A stretch of 64,000 nucleotides of DNA, taken from a virus (taxonomy: Duplodnaviria; Caudoviricetes). Each line of letters starts with the position of its first letter. The stretch's first letter is position 1. The notes under the pieces are model-generated. The model made no database searches and was not told the DNA's origin. It saw nothing but the letters and a program-made list of their open reading frames with translations. The translations under genes were made by a program, and so were the position numbers. The stretch lies in the IMG/VR virus record IMGVR_UViG_3300028797_006177, positions 39,961 through 103,960 of that record; one strand, written 5' to 3'. Of the stretch, positions 49,387-57,742 are shown piece by piece.

Positions 49387-49485
49387 AATCAATTCAAAAT
49401 TCAAAATTCAAAATTATTATTATAGAACCTCGGAATAATTAGTGTTTCAACTTTTTAATGTTTCAACTTTTCAACTTTTATATTT

Positions 49486-50040
49486 ATGGCTACTATTAAC
49501 AACATTTCGATCACGTTTGCAACGCAGGACCAATATCTGCGCGGCAAGCAGGTGTTTGACAGCGAGGGCGAGAGCAGCCTGTGGGCTGGCGACTGGCACG
49601 ACGACACAATGACGATTGACTTCTGCGACGGAGGTACGATGGACGAACTGAAGCAGGTGATTATGGAGCAAACGGAGAAGTTTGGCATTACGGACTTCAC
49701 CATCAGCCACGAAGAGGTGAGCGAGATTCCCGACGATGACTGCGAGGTTCCCGTGGTGGCAAAGATTGAAGTGACATTCCCGAAGAAGGTTAGCGGGATT
49801 GGTGAGCGGGAACGCTACGAACTGGAGACGTTCACCTTTGAAGCGGACGGGACTAAGAGTGCTTGGGAACAATCGTCAGACGCTTTCGAGGAAGCGGTCA
49901 GGCGCGGCCACAACCCGAACAAAAACATCCGTATGCACTGGATAGAGAACGCTCCAACTACGCCGGACGGGGAAACCTACGACGTGGAAATCAAGTGTCC
50001 CAACGGACGCAAAGCGGGCAAGTTAAAAAGTGAAAAGTGA
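49486..50040 (+). CDS. Acidic early-region hypothetical protein
   Basis: 184 aa, Asp/Glu-rich. Confidence 0.7.
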   Translation: MATINNISITFATQDQYLRGKQVFDSEGESSLWAGDWHDDTMTIDFCDGGTMDELKQVIMEQTEKFGITDFTISHEEVSEIPDDDCEVPVVAKIEVTFPKKVSGIGERERYELETFTFEADGTKSAWEQSSDAFEEAVRRGHNPNKNIRMHWIENAPTTPDGETYDVEIKCPNGRKAGKLKSEK

Positions 50041-50099
50041 AAAGTGAAAAATGAAAAATTATTAACCGCCTTTATAGGGCATCAAAAAAATTAGTGATT

Positions 50100-50327
50100 A
50101 TGAAAGCAAAAGCTATTGGCAGAATTATGTTCGATGTTACGACATGCGACATCGGAGAGGCAAACATTATGATTAACACGAGAGAACGCTCGTACTGCTA
50201 CAACCCACGTCAGGACGAATGCAAGCACGAATGGTCCTTGAACGAGGACGAAAATGTGTTGCGTCTGACTACTGACAGCGGAACGGCGTGGATTGACTGC
50301 GACGCGGTGACAAGCATCGAAATCTAA
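50100..50327 (+). CDS. Small hypothetical protein
   Basis: ATG 50100. Confidence 0.6.
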   Translation: MKAKAIGRIMFDVTTCDIGEANIMINTRERSYCYNPRQDECKHEWSLNEDENVLRLTTDSGTAWIDCDAVTSIEI

Positions 50328-50382
50328 TTATAGAACCTGTGAAAGATTATCCGTTATAACAAACATTAAAAATTATTGAATT

Positions 50383-50739
50383 ATGCCACTTACATGGAAT
50401 TGGAAAGACAAGATGGGCGAGGTGACTTGCCGAACAAAGCGCACGGACGGAACAACCCAAACCTACAAGGAGAACATCTATCAGGGCAACTGCCTATGCG
50501 TGACACTCTACGAGTATAAGGAAGGCGACAAAGAGAAGTATCAGCTGGCTTGGTTCCTTGGCGATGAGCAGCATCTGAAGCGCATCCTGAAGCATGACCC
50601 GAAATTCTTTGCCGACATCAAGACGGCGAAGCTGAACCTCTACTACAAGCAATGCCTCACCTTGCAGAAATACTTGGTAAGGCTGGGTGCGAAAGTCATT
50701 ACTTATTATAAAGAACCTAAAAAATCAGTGAAACAATGA
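50383..50739 (+). CDS. Hypothetical protein
   Basis: 118 aa. Confidence 0.7.
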   Translation: MPLTWNWKDKMGEVTCRTKRTDGTTQTYKENIYQGNCLCVTLYEYKEGDKEKYQLAWFLGDEQHLKRILKHDPKFFADIKTAKLNLYYKQCLTLQKYLVRLGAKVITYYKEPKKSVKQ

Positions 50740-50957
50740 AACTGAGAATAACTTTCGGTGCTGCGGGTGACAGGAAGTGCATCGAGCACCAATGGGACTA
50801 CAACGGCAAGTTTGAGGACAACATGCGACGCGCTACGCTGGCAGCTATGGACAGCGGTATGACTCTCGACGAACTGCGCAACGGCACGGCTGACATCATG
50901 GCGGTGAAGGAGCACGATGGCGAGACCTGTCCCTGCTGCGGACGCGAACTGAAATAG
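50736..50957 (+). CDS. Small protein with C-terminal CxxC
   Basis: ATGA overlap with the previous gene; 'CPCCGR'. Confidence 0.65.
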   Translation: MKLRITFGAAGDRKCIEHQWDYNGKFEDNMRRATLAAMDSGMTLDELRNGTADIMAVKEHDGETCPCCGRELK

Positions 50958-51020
50958 CTATCAATTTTTAATTTTTAATTGTTAATTTTTAATTGTTAAT
51001 TTTTAATTATACACAAGATT

Positions 51021-51884
51021 ATGCACACATTGAAATTATCCGAAAAGCCATGCAAGCTGCACAAGGTGCGTTATGACATGGCAAAAAATTCAGAGTTTGT
51101 CGTCACCCAAGAAGGACCGCTGTCGCGCTGCGACCTCGGAGGGTGCATCATCGGACTACGCCAGCCCTACTTCGTGGCGAAGATTCACACCTTCAAGACA
51201 CGGGACAAGCGCGTGGAGGTCAGCGAAAGGAACGAAAAGGAACGCATCGAGTGGCTGCTGCAACGGCTGAAAGCCTACGAGACGGCACGGGAGGCACAGC
51301 AAAGCGGTATGACTGTCCGCGAAGTGTGCGGCGACCACTACGACGAGGAACTGGACGAACCCCGCGTTGTCGCAAAGGTGCCAGGGCTGAACATGTACCT
51401 CGAACTGCTCGGTACGTTGAGCGCGGAGGACGTGAACGGTGAACGCTTCTGGCAGGAACGGCAGGACGGCAGCGGGCAGGTGATTCGTCAGCCATTCGAC
51501 CGCATGATTGATGCAGCGGCAGCTACGGCACTGAATCGCATGGCCTACTTCCTGCGGGCTATGACGGCACGCAAAGACCGGCGCGACTGCGCTACGCTGG
51601 CGAGCGACTGGCAGCCGCGTGACGACTGGCGCGAGGACTACGACGACGAGGAGTATTTCCAACGGCCTGAACAGCGCGGCATCGGCTTCGACTTCGTGGA
51701 CGAAAGCCGTCGGCCTATGCCACACCCCAAACACACGATGTCGGATGCTGAAAAGGAGGAATATCAGCTGCTGAAACAGGATGCGATAGACAGGGGCGAA
51801 CCGCTCGACAAGGACGCGCTGGCACGTCTGGCACAGCAGGCTTGCGCTAACGTGGCGGCATACAAGATGATGAAGAAAGATTAG
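51021..51884 (+). CDS. Hypothetical protein
   Basis: 287 aa. Confidence 0.7.
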   Translation: MHTLKLSEKPCKLHKVRYDMAKNSEFVVTQEGPLSRCDLGGCIIGLRQPYFVAKIHTFKTRDKRVEVSERNEKERIEWLLQRLKAYETAREAQQSGMTVREVCGDHYDEELDEPRVVAKVPGLNMYLELLGTLSAEDVNGERFWQERQDGSGQVIRQPFDRMIDAAAATALNRMAYFLRAMTARKDRRDCATLASDWQPRDDWREDYDDEEYFQRPEQRGIGFDFVDESRRPMPHPKHTMSDAEKEEYQLLKQDAIDRGEPLDKDALARLAQQACANVAAYKMMKKD

Positions 51885-52579
51885 AACAGCGACAGTTGAC
51901 GCGCAACAGGAGTGCCGTCGGATTGAGTAATCAGTCCGGCGGTTTCTTTTTCGTAGTGTAAACAGCCGCGACGGAAATACTCGGCATCCAGTTCGCAGCC
52001 GTAGTAGTCAAGACCAAGGCTGTAGGCAGCGATGCGGGATGACTGACTGCCCATCATCGGGTCGAAGACCTTTGGAGCATCTGCGGGCGTGACCTGAACC
52101 GACTCCATCCAGACCTGCATCAGCCAGCGGTAGAGGGCGACGGGCTTCTCCGTCGGGTGGAAGTGGTCGCCATCCTTCGAGCGGGCACTACTGCCATGCC
52201 ACACGCGGGCATTGCACGTCAGACTGGTCCAAGCATACTCCGCCTGCGCCATCGAGAAGCCGTCGGGGATGTTCGTCTTTACCCATGTCAGGAAGCACTT
52301 GCACGGAGGCATATCGGGAAAGAAGTTGGCACCCCAAATGATTTGATGCTGACTGACGCGAGCCAACTCCGCAAAGAAAGCAGCATCGGGGGCGGTGTCC
52401 CATCGGTTCATGTCGCTGTCGCCATGATTGTATCGACGGAACCGCCCGCCAAAGCGTACTCCGTCGGTAGCGACTCCACCGAACCCATACGGCGGATCGG
52501 CCACGGCAAGATGAAAGAACCCGTCGGGCAGTGTGCGCATATACTCTATGCAGTCTTGATTAAAAACCTGTGATGTCAT
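51881..52579 (-). CDS. Orphan N6-adenine/N4-cytosine DNA methyltransferase (beta class)
   Basis: 'ADPPY', 'HPTEKP' and 'FDPMMGSQS'; likely start ATG 52579. Confidence 0.92.
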   Translation of the reverse strand: MTSQVFNQDCIEYMRTLPDGFFHLAVADPPYGFGGVATDGVRFGGRFRRYNHGDSDMNRWDTAPDAAFFAELARVSQHQIIWGANFFPDMPPCKCFLTWVKTNIPDGFSMAQAEYAWTSLTCNARVWHGSSARSKDGDHFHPTEKPVALYRWLMQVWMESVQVTPADAPKVFDPMMGSQSSRIAAYSLGLDYYGCELDAEYFRRGCLHYEKETAGLITQSDGTPVARQLSLF

Positions 52580-52750
52580 ATTGCCATCGTTATTTACATC
52601 GACAAAGGTAATGCAAAGCTCGCACAAAAAGCGGACAAGGCTTGCACAGCGGGCGGAGGCAATAGTGAAGCATTGACAGGTCGCAGGCTCTTTTTATGTC
52701 CGCGAAGTTGTCGCAAATGATATACCTTTGCGATGTAATTCAAAAAGTAT

Positions 52751-52855
52751 ATGAAAACAGAACAGCAAGACAGAACATTCAGCATCCGTTTCTCCCTATA
52801 CTTACTAAGTATCGCAGCAGGGCTTCTATTGGGGCAACTATTACAACACCTATAA
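52751..52855 (+). CDS. 34-aa hydrophobic peptide (below ORF-track cutoff)
   Basis: MKTEQQDRTFSIRFSLYLLSIAAGLLLGQLLQHL directly after promoter TACCTTTG (52723). Confidence 0.45.
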   Translation: MKTEQQDRTFSIRFSLYLLSIAAGLLLGQLLQHL

Positions 52856-52903
52856 GAGAGTAATTCTCAATTCTCAATTATCAATTATCAATTTGAAACA
52901 ACG

Positions 52904-53221
52904 GTGCCAAAACAACAACCTACAATCTCATGGCAGCAGCTCCGCAACTATATGGAGCAATGGACGTGGCGCGACCAGCGTACCGGCTGCGAGGTGACGG
53001 GCTTCAACCCGCCAGACAAAGCAAAGGATAAGCGACAAAAGCCGTTCTACTTCCGAGCCATCACCATCAAGGGCGAGGTCATCAGCGGCGAAGCCATCTG
53101 CCTCAAAGTGTTCCTGAACGAGCATCAACGCATGGTGCAGTTCACACAATCAAAACAAATCCGCAGAATAAGGGATTACCTGGTCATGGAAGTGAACGGG
53201 GTGCGCGTGATAACTCATTGA
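52904..53221 (+). CDS. Hypothetical phage protein
   Basis: GTG start, 105 aa. Confidence 0.65.
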   Translation: MPKQQPTISWQQLRNYMEQWTWRDQRTGCEVTGFNPPDKAKDKRQKPFYFRAITIKGEVISGEAICLKVFLNEHQRMVQFTQSKQIRRIRDYLVMEVNGVRVITH

Positions 53222-53560
53222 ACACGGATTGCACAGATTAAACGGATAAGACTTAAACGCGAATTATCATAAATTTAACCACTAATTACTCTAATTACAC
53301 GAAATGTTATATCTAAGGAGTTTAGGAGGAAAGGAGTTCCACGCTGGAAGAAAAATGTTCGGGCAGCGACGTGTCGCTGGCAGCGGTAGTGATTGCTCTC
53401 TTTTGTCTCGAAAGCACGCTTTCAGAGCAAAAGACAGAAATCTCTACCCAAGCGTACAAGCCTGTACGCAAAAACATTTTTCTGTCTGCCCCAATTCGTG
53501 AATAATTCGTGGCAATTCGTGTTAAAAGAAAACTCCTTAACTCCTTGACTCCTTAGAATA
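53221..53560. repeat. Multi-arm hairpin element 3 within REP-like short repeats
   Basis: Core 53342-53493 shares its ends with element 2. Confidence 0.75.
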
Positions 53561-53604
53561 AAATTAAATGGTAAATGGTAAATGATTAAATAGTAAATGA
53601 AATT

Positions 53605-54042
53605 ATGGCAACATTTATTTCAAAAAACTTCTCGCTGGAGGAACTGACCGCGAGTGATACGGCGAAGACGAAAGGCATCAAGAATGTCCCTGGAACTGCC
53701 GAGGTGTGCGCACTGTGCGCACTGGTGCATAACGTCCTGCAGCCGCTGCGCGATGCGATGGGCGAGCCTATCAAGATTGGCTCAGGCTATCGCAGCAAGG
53801 CACTCAACAAAGCCGTGGGCGGCGTGACCAACTCGCAGCACATGAAGGGCGAGGCCGTGGACCTGTGCATCGACGGCGACTTGGCAAAGGGCAAGCGGTG
53901 GTTCAACTGGATCAAGACGCACTGCCAGTTCGACCAGATTATCTGGGAGCATAACGCGAAAGGCTCCTATTGGGTACACGTCAGCTTCCGCGCCGATGGA
54001 CAGAACCGAAAGCAAGTCATCAACGAACTGCTGAAAAAGTAA
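53605..54042 (+). CDS. Endolysin, peptidase M15 family
   Basis: 'SGYRSKALNKAVGG..SQHMKGEAVD...WVHVS' (Zn ligands H-D-H). Confidence 0.92.
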   Translation: MATFISKNFSLEELTASDTAKTKGIKNVPGTAEVCALCALVHNVLQPLRDAMGEPIKIGSGYRSKALNKAVGGVTNSQHMKGEAVDLCIDGDLAKGKRWFNWIKTHCQFDQIIWEHNAKGSYWVHVSFRADGQNRKQVINELLKK

Positions 54043-54335
54043 GGCCGCTCTTTCTCTTGTCGTCATAACGTCATACCGATATATCGACATATCGAAAGCG
54101 GCCAAAAAGAAAGAGAATGAGGTTTTCTCATTTTTTGTTTTTAGGTTAATAAAGTTTTTCTTTGGGTGCGGTGGGCTGTGAAGCTCGCCGCATTTTTTTG
54201 TGTTCCGTGCGGAGAAAGGGAACACTCTGGCCGCTGCGTGTATGTCGCCGCGCCCAAAAGTTGAAAAACAATCAAGAATTGAACAATAAAAGTTGCTATT
54301 GATAGCAAGTGTTCACATTGTTCGCACAAACTATT

Positions 54336-54947
54336 CTACCTTGATGCTGGTTGGACATTAACATAAAAGGCTATAGCCTGTGCTACCATGACTTCAATAC
54401 TCTCTCCCCTCTCCATCTTTAGATTACTTAATCTGCGATACATTGATAATGGTATTTTAGCAAAGACGCCTTTTAGCCCACTTTTATCTTTCTTAGGACG
54501 GAGCAATTTTACATTAGCCTTTTGTTGGAGAATTGATGACGGCCTGACGTCTCTATGTATATTCTTTTCACGATGTCTTGGCGATAACGGCATAGAGTCT
54601 CTATACAAGTAGTCGGCGCGTGTTCTCATGTTCAGAGATGGGTGCATTGTGTTTATATAAAACTCCTCCCTTTCCCTAAGATGGTCTTTGTCTGAAAACT
54701 CTATAGCATACAAATCAAAACCACCGCTCTTGTCAAAAGCACTTTGAACCTTCTTTGATCCGTGCAGCCCTCTTTTCAAAAACGAAACAAAAGACTGGAA
54801 CCTGTTACGGATATTTATCGACGACCCAATATATGATTCGCCTCCAAACATGATGACATAAACAATGTTTTCGTTCTTTGGCGAAACCCAAATCATTTCA
54901 CCTTCTCGATACTCACCAATCTTCTCATACTTGCTGACATCAATCAT
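54336..54947 (-). CDS. GIY-YIG nuclease fused to a ribbon-helix-helix-like domain
   Basis: 'VYVI...YIGSS..IRNR...REEFYI...LN'; C-terminus similar to 60469..60786. Confidence 0.75.
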   Translation of the reverse strand: MIDVSKYEKIGEYREGEMIWVSPKNENIVYVIMFGGESYIGSSINIRNRFQSFVSFLKRGLHGSKKVQSAFDKSGGFDLYAIEFSDKDHLREREEFYINTMHPSLNMRTRADYLYRDSMPLSPRHREKNIHRDVRPSSILQQKANVKLLRPKKDKSGLKGVFAKIPLSMYRRLSNLKMERGESIEVMVAQAIAFYVNVQPASR

Positions 54948-55570
54948 TGCTCTACCTTTATTTCTTTTACCTTAATAGTATTCCCGCATTTGTCACACCT
55001 GATTGTAAGTTCGCCTTGCGATGGTTGAGTCTTACATACATCGTTTGGATCAGCAAAGATTTGCCACATAGGTACCTCTAAAATTTCTGCTATCTTGTTG
55101 ATAGTTTCAAGCGAAGGCATAACGCGACCATTAAGCATATTACTGATGGTTTGCTTAGTGACCCCCAAACGATTAGCCAAATCTACGGACTTCATTCCTT
55201 TGGAGTCCATTATATCCCTTAGCCTGCAAATAGAATTTTTTGGGCGATAAATATTTAGTGTAGGCTCCAATTCCTTTATGAAAAACATTTCTCTGTTTTT
55301 CAATAAATTAGTTTCTACTCCTCTTTCAATTACATAAACATCAAAAACACCTTCGTTTTCAAAAACTTCCTGCATTTTCTCCGTATGTTCACAGTGTAAG
55401 AACGATTTAACGTGTTCCTTTATTCTTATATACAGATATTCGGCAGAGCCAATATAAAAATCCTCTTTGAACTTTATCAAGTACACAGCGTTTATGTCGC
55501 GCCCCTCTAACCAATGCAAGCGGCCTTCAATAAACTCGCCTACCTTTTCGTATTTGCTAACGTCTATCAT
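54944..55570 (-). CDS. GIY-YIG nuclease fused to XRE HTH and CxxC
   Basis: 'VYLI...FYIGSA...REMFFI...LN' plus 'DLANRLGVTKQTISNMLNGRVMPSLETI' and 'CDKC'. Confidence 0.8.
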   Translation of the reverse strand: MIDVSKYEKVGEFIEGRLHWLEGRDINAVYLIKFKEDFYIGSAEYLYIRIKEHVKSFLHCEHTEKMQEVFENEGVFDVYVIERGVETNLLKNREMFFIKELEPTLNIYRPKNSICRLRDIMDSKGMKSVDLANRLGVTKQTISNMLNGRVMPSLETINKIAEILEVPMWQIFADPNDVCKTQPSQGELTIRCDKCGNTIKVKEIKVEQ

Positions 55571-55869
55571 TGCTCGTCATTTGATTTCGTTTCTTCTGCT
55601 TTTGCCAGGCGGAGTTCCTTGCCACAATAGGGGCAGACAATAGACTGGCCACCTGGGGAAATACTTGCATCCACGCCCTCTTCTGGAGCAAGCAGGCGCC
55701 ACTCTTGGACACCCAGTGCTTTTGCAACCGATTGAAGGGTGTTCATTGATAGATTTTTCCCGCCATTCACAAGATTGCCTATATACTGCGGGGATTTACC
55801 CAACCTTTTGGCCAGCTCCTTTGATGTGATGTCAAGCCTTTTCATTTCTCTTTTTATATAGATATTCAT
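55567..55869 (-). CDS. XRE-family HTH regulator with CxxC (repressor candidate)
   Basis: 'SKELAKRLGKSPQYIGNLVNG' and 'CPYC'; divergent from the 56055 operon. Confidence 0.85.
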   Translation of the reverse strand: MNIYIKREMKRLDITSKELAKRLGKSPQYIGNLVNGGKNLSMNTLQSVAKALGVQEWRLLAPEEGVDASISPGGQSIVCPYCGKELRLAKAEETKSNDEQ

Positions 55870-56054
55870 AAAACTCTTTTTCTTTACTTTTCGACTGCAA
55901 AGGTAATAAAAATAAACGTATTTTCTTTGTCTTAATTGTGAAAAAGAGTTAAAAACACCTATTTTCTTTATTTTTATTCTTATTTTCTTTGGCTGTTACA
56001 CTTATTTTCTTTACCTTTGCAGCAGATTTAGAACAAACAAATAATTTTTAGACT

Positions 56055-56372
56055 ATGGCAGACAACATGAAGAAGATGCTGGCAGACCAGCAGAAGATTA
56101 ACGAGGCTGTGAAGTATATTATGACCTACTTCGGCGAAGAGAGTTGCTACTGCAATCACATTGAACAGATGCTCGACGCGCAGACGCAGATTATCGGGCT
56201 AATGGAACTCGCGAAGCAGAAGGTTTTAACCGACCCTTCGCAAGAGTTTGAATGCTCAACTGACAAAATTATCTGGTTTCTCTATGATGTGAGGCAATAT
56301 CTGAAGATGCTGGAGCCGTTTGCAAACCTGCTTGGACAGACTGGCTACGGCAAGCCGATTGAAACAGATTGA
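56055..56372 (+). CDS. Hypothetical protein
   Basis: 105 aa after canonical promoter TTTG-N20-TACCTTTG (55988-56019). Confidence 0.7.
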   Translation: MADNMKKMLADQQKINEAVKYIMTYFGEESCYCNHIEQMLDAQTQIIGLMELAKQKVLTDPSQEFECSTDKIIWFLYDVRQYLKMLEPFANLLGQTGYGKPIETD

Positions 56373-56549
56373 GCAACACACAAAACCAAACAATCTCTAC
56401 TTTATCTATATTGCACACGGCAACATTTGTGCCTGACGAGGAGCGGGACGCTCCTGCTCCTCGTCTTTCAATCAATCAACATTTCAACATTTACACATTT
56501 CAAGAAATTTTGAAATCAATCAACAAACAAATAAATAAACATTACAATC

Positions 56550-56825
56550 ATGGAAGCAACAATTCAACAAAACAACATTTCAAGAAATGTTTCAATCAAC
56601 ATTGCATCATTTGTGGCAAGCGTTCAAAACGCATTGAAAACAATCAAGCAACGTGCATTGAAGGAATTATCTCTGCCGCGTCTGTATCGCCGCCAGTTGC
56701 GGATGATTAACGCACTGGCACGCGGCATCGAGGCACATCCTACGCTGACGAACGTCATCCTCATTGCAATGTGCGCGATGCTGGCGTATGAAGTCCTGAA
56801 TTATGAGTTTACAACAAGTCTTTAA
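56550..56825 (+). CDS. Small protein with C-terminal TM helix
   Basis: 91 aa. Confidence 0.55.
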   Translation: MEATIQQNNISRNVSINIASFVASVQNALKTIKQRALKELSLPRLYRRQLRMINALARGIEAHPTLTNVILIAMCAMLAYEVLNYEFTTSL

Positions 56826-56844
56826 TTATACATTATAATATAAT

Positions 56845-57633
56845 ATGCAAAAGGCATTGAAGTATTGGGATGGTGCGAATCCCAAGATATACGCTATTCT
56901 GACGCAAAAGGAGGATGGCGGTTGGCACCTGGCGTGTCACTGGACTGACCGCATACTGGAGTATGACTGCGAACTCGTTGAGGATCGCCTCGGTCAGCAC
57001 CTGCGTTATGGTAGTGGCTCTATGCTGCCTCTGCGCAATAGCAAGGGACAGCTCTACGGGCGTTGGAGCGAGGCAACGGAGGAGGAAATAAACGACCTTC
57101 CATGCAAGGAAGTGGCGACGGAGGAAGTGACGACAACTGAGGATGTGGTGACTTCCGAGACAGCAGAACCAGCCGAACCAGCTGTCAATACTGAGGATGC
57201 AGTGGTCGTCACAGAAGATGCAGAGGTTGTGGCTTTGGAAGCTGAACCTGAACCAGAACCAGTTTATACAGACTCGGCGGAATTGGAGCGTCTGAAAGCT
57301 GAGAATGATGCTTTGCTATCGCGTATAGCCGAAATGGAAGCAGAACGGCAAAAGGCGAAACAAACGCGCCGTAAGAAGCAGCAGCCGCAGCACCTTGAAG
57401 CTGCGGCAGAGCCGAAGCCTACGGAGAAGGAGCCGCAGCCAAAGCGTTATGACGTTATAACAGAATCACGGGATAACACCAAATGCGCCGTGCAGAGCGG
57501 CAGCGGCCACAATTTCCTGAAAGCTATCGGTTCTGTGGCTGCGATGACGGTTGCGCTGGTGGTTATCTGGCAGACTGGACTACTGATTCCGCTTGGACTG
57601 ATTGGGCTGGCAATGTCGGGAATAATCAAATAG
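56845..57633 (+). CDS. Protein with acidic linker, coiled coil and C-terminal TM helices
   Basis: 262 aa. Confidence 0.7.
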   Translation: MQKALKYWDGANPKIYAILTQKEDGGWHLACHWTDRILEYDCELVEDRLGQHLRYGSGSMLPLRNSKGQLYGRWSEATEEEINDLPCKEVATEEVTTTEDVVTSETAEPAEPAVNTEDAVVVTEDAEVVALEAEPEPEPVYTDSAELERLKAENDALLSRIAEMEAERQKAKQTRRKKQQPQHLEAAAEPKPTEKEPQPKRYDVITESRDNTKCAVQSGSGHNFLKAIGSVAAMTVALVVIWQTGLLIPLGLIGLAMSGIIK

Positions 57634-57742
57634 TTGAAATTGATAATTGAAAATTGACAATTTTATTTTTACTATACGTTATAATAAACGTGTGGTATCA
57701 CACAAAGATATTCAATTTATTAACAACTTAAATTTTTCTATT

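Larger units (their letters stand above)
44797..50350 (+). promoter_or_regulatory. Dispersed bipartite motif TTATAG-N10-WRATYAN (15 copies)
   Basis: Starts at 44797, 44806, 44842, 45137, 45214, 45796, 46629, 46757, 46786, 47759, 48160, 48727, 49420, 50072, 50328. Confidence 0.8.

Noticed and set aside
56369-56710. 113-aa ORF with TTG start
   Set aside because: Low-complexity, overlaps the better-supported 56550..56825, and is likely non-coding leader
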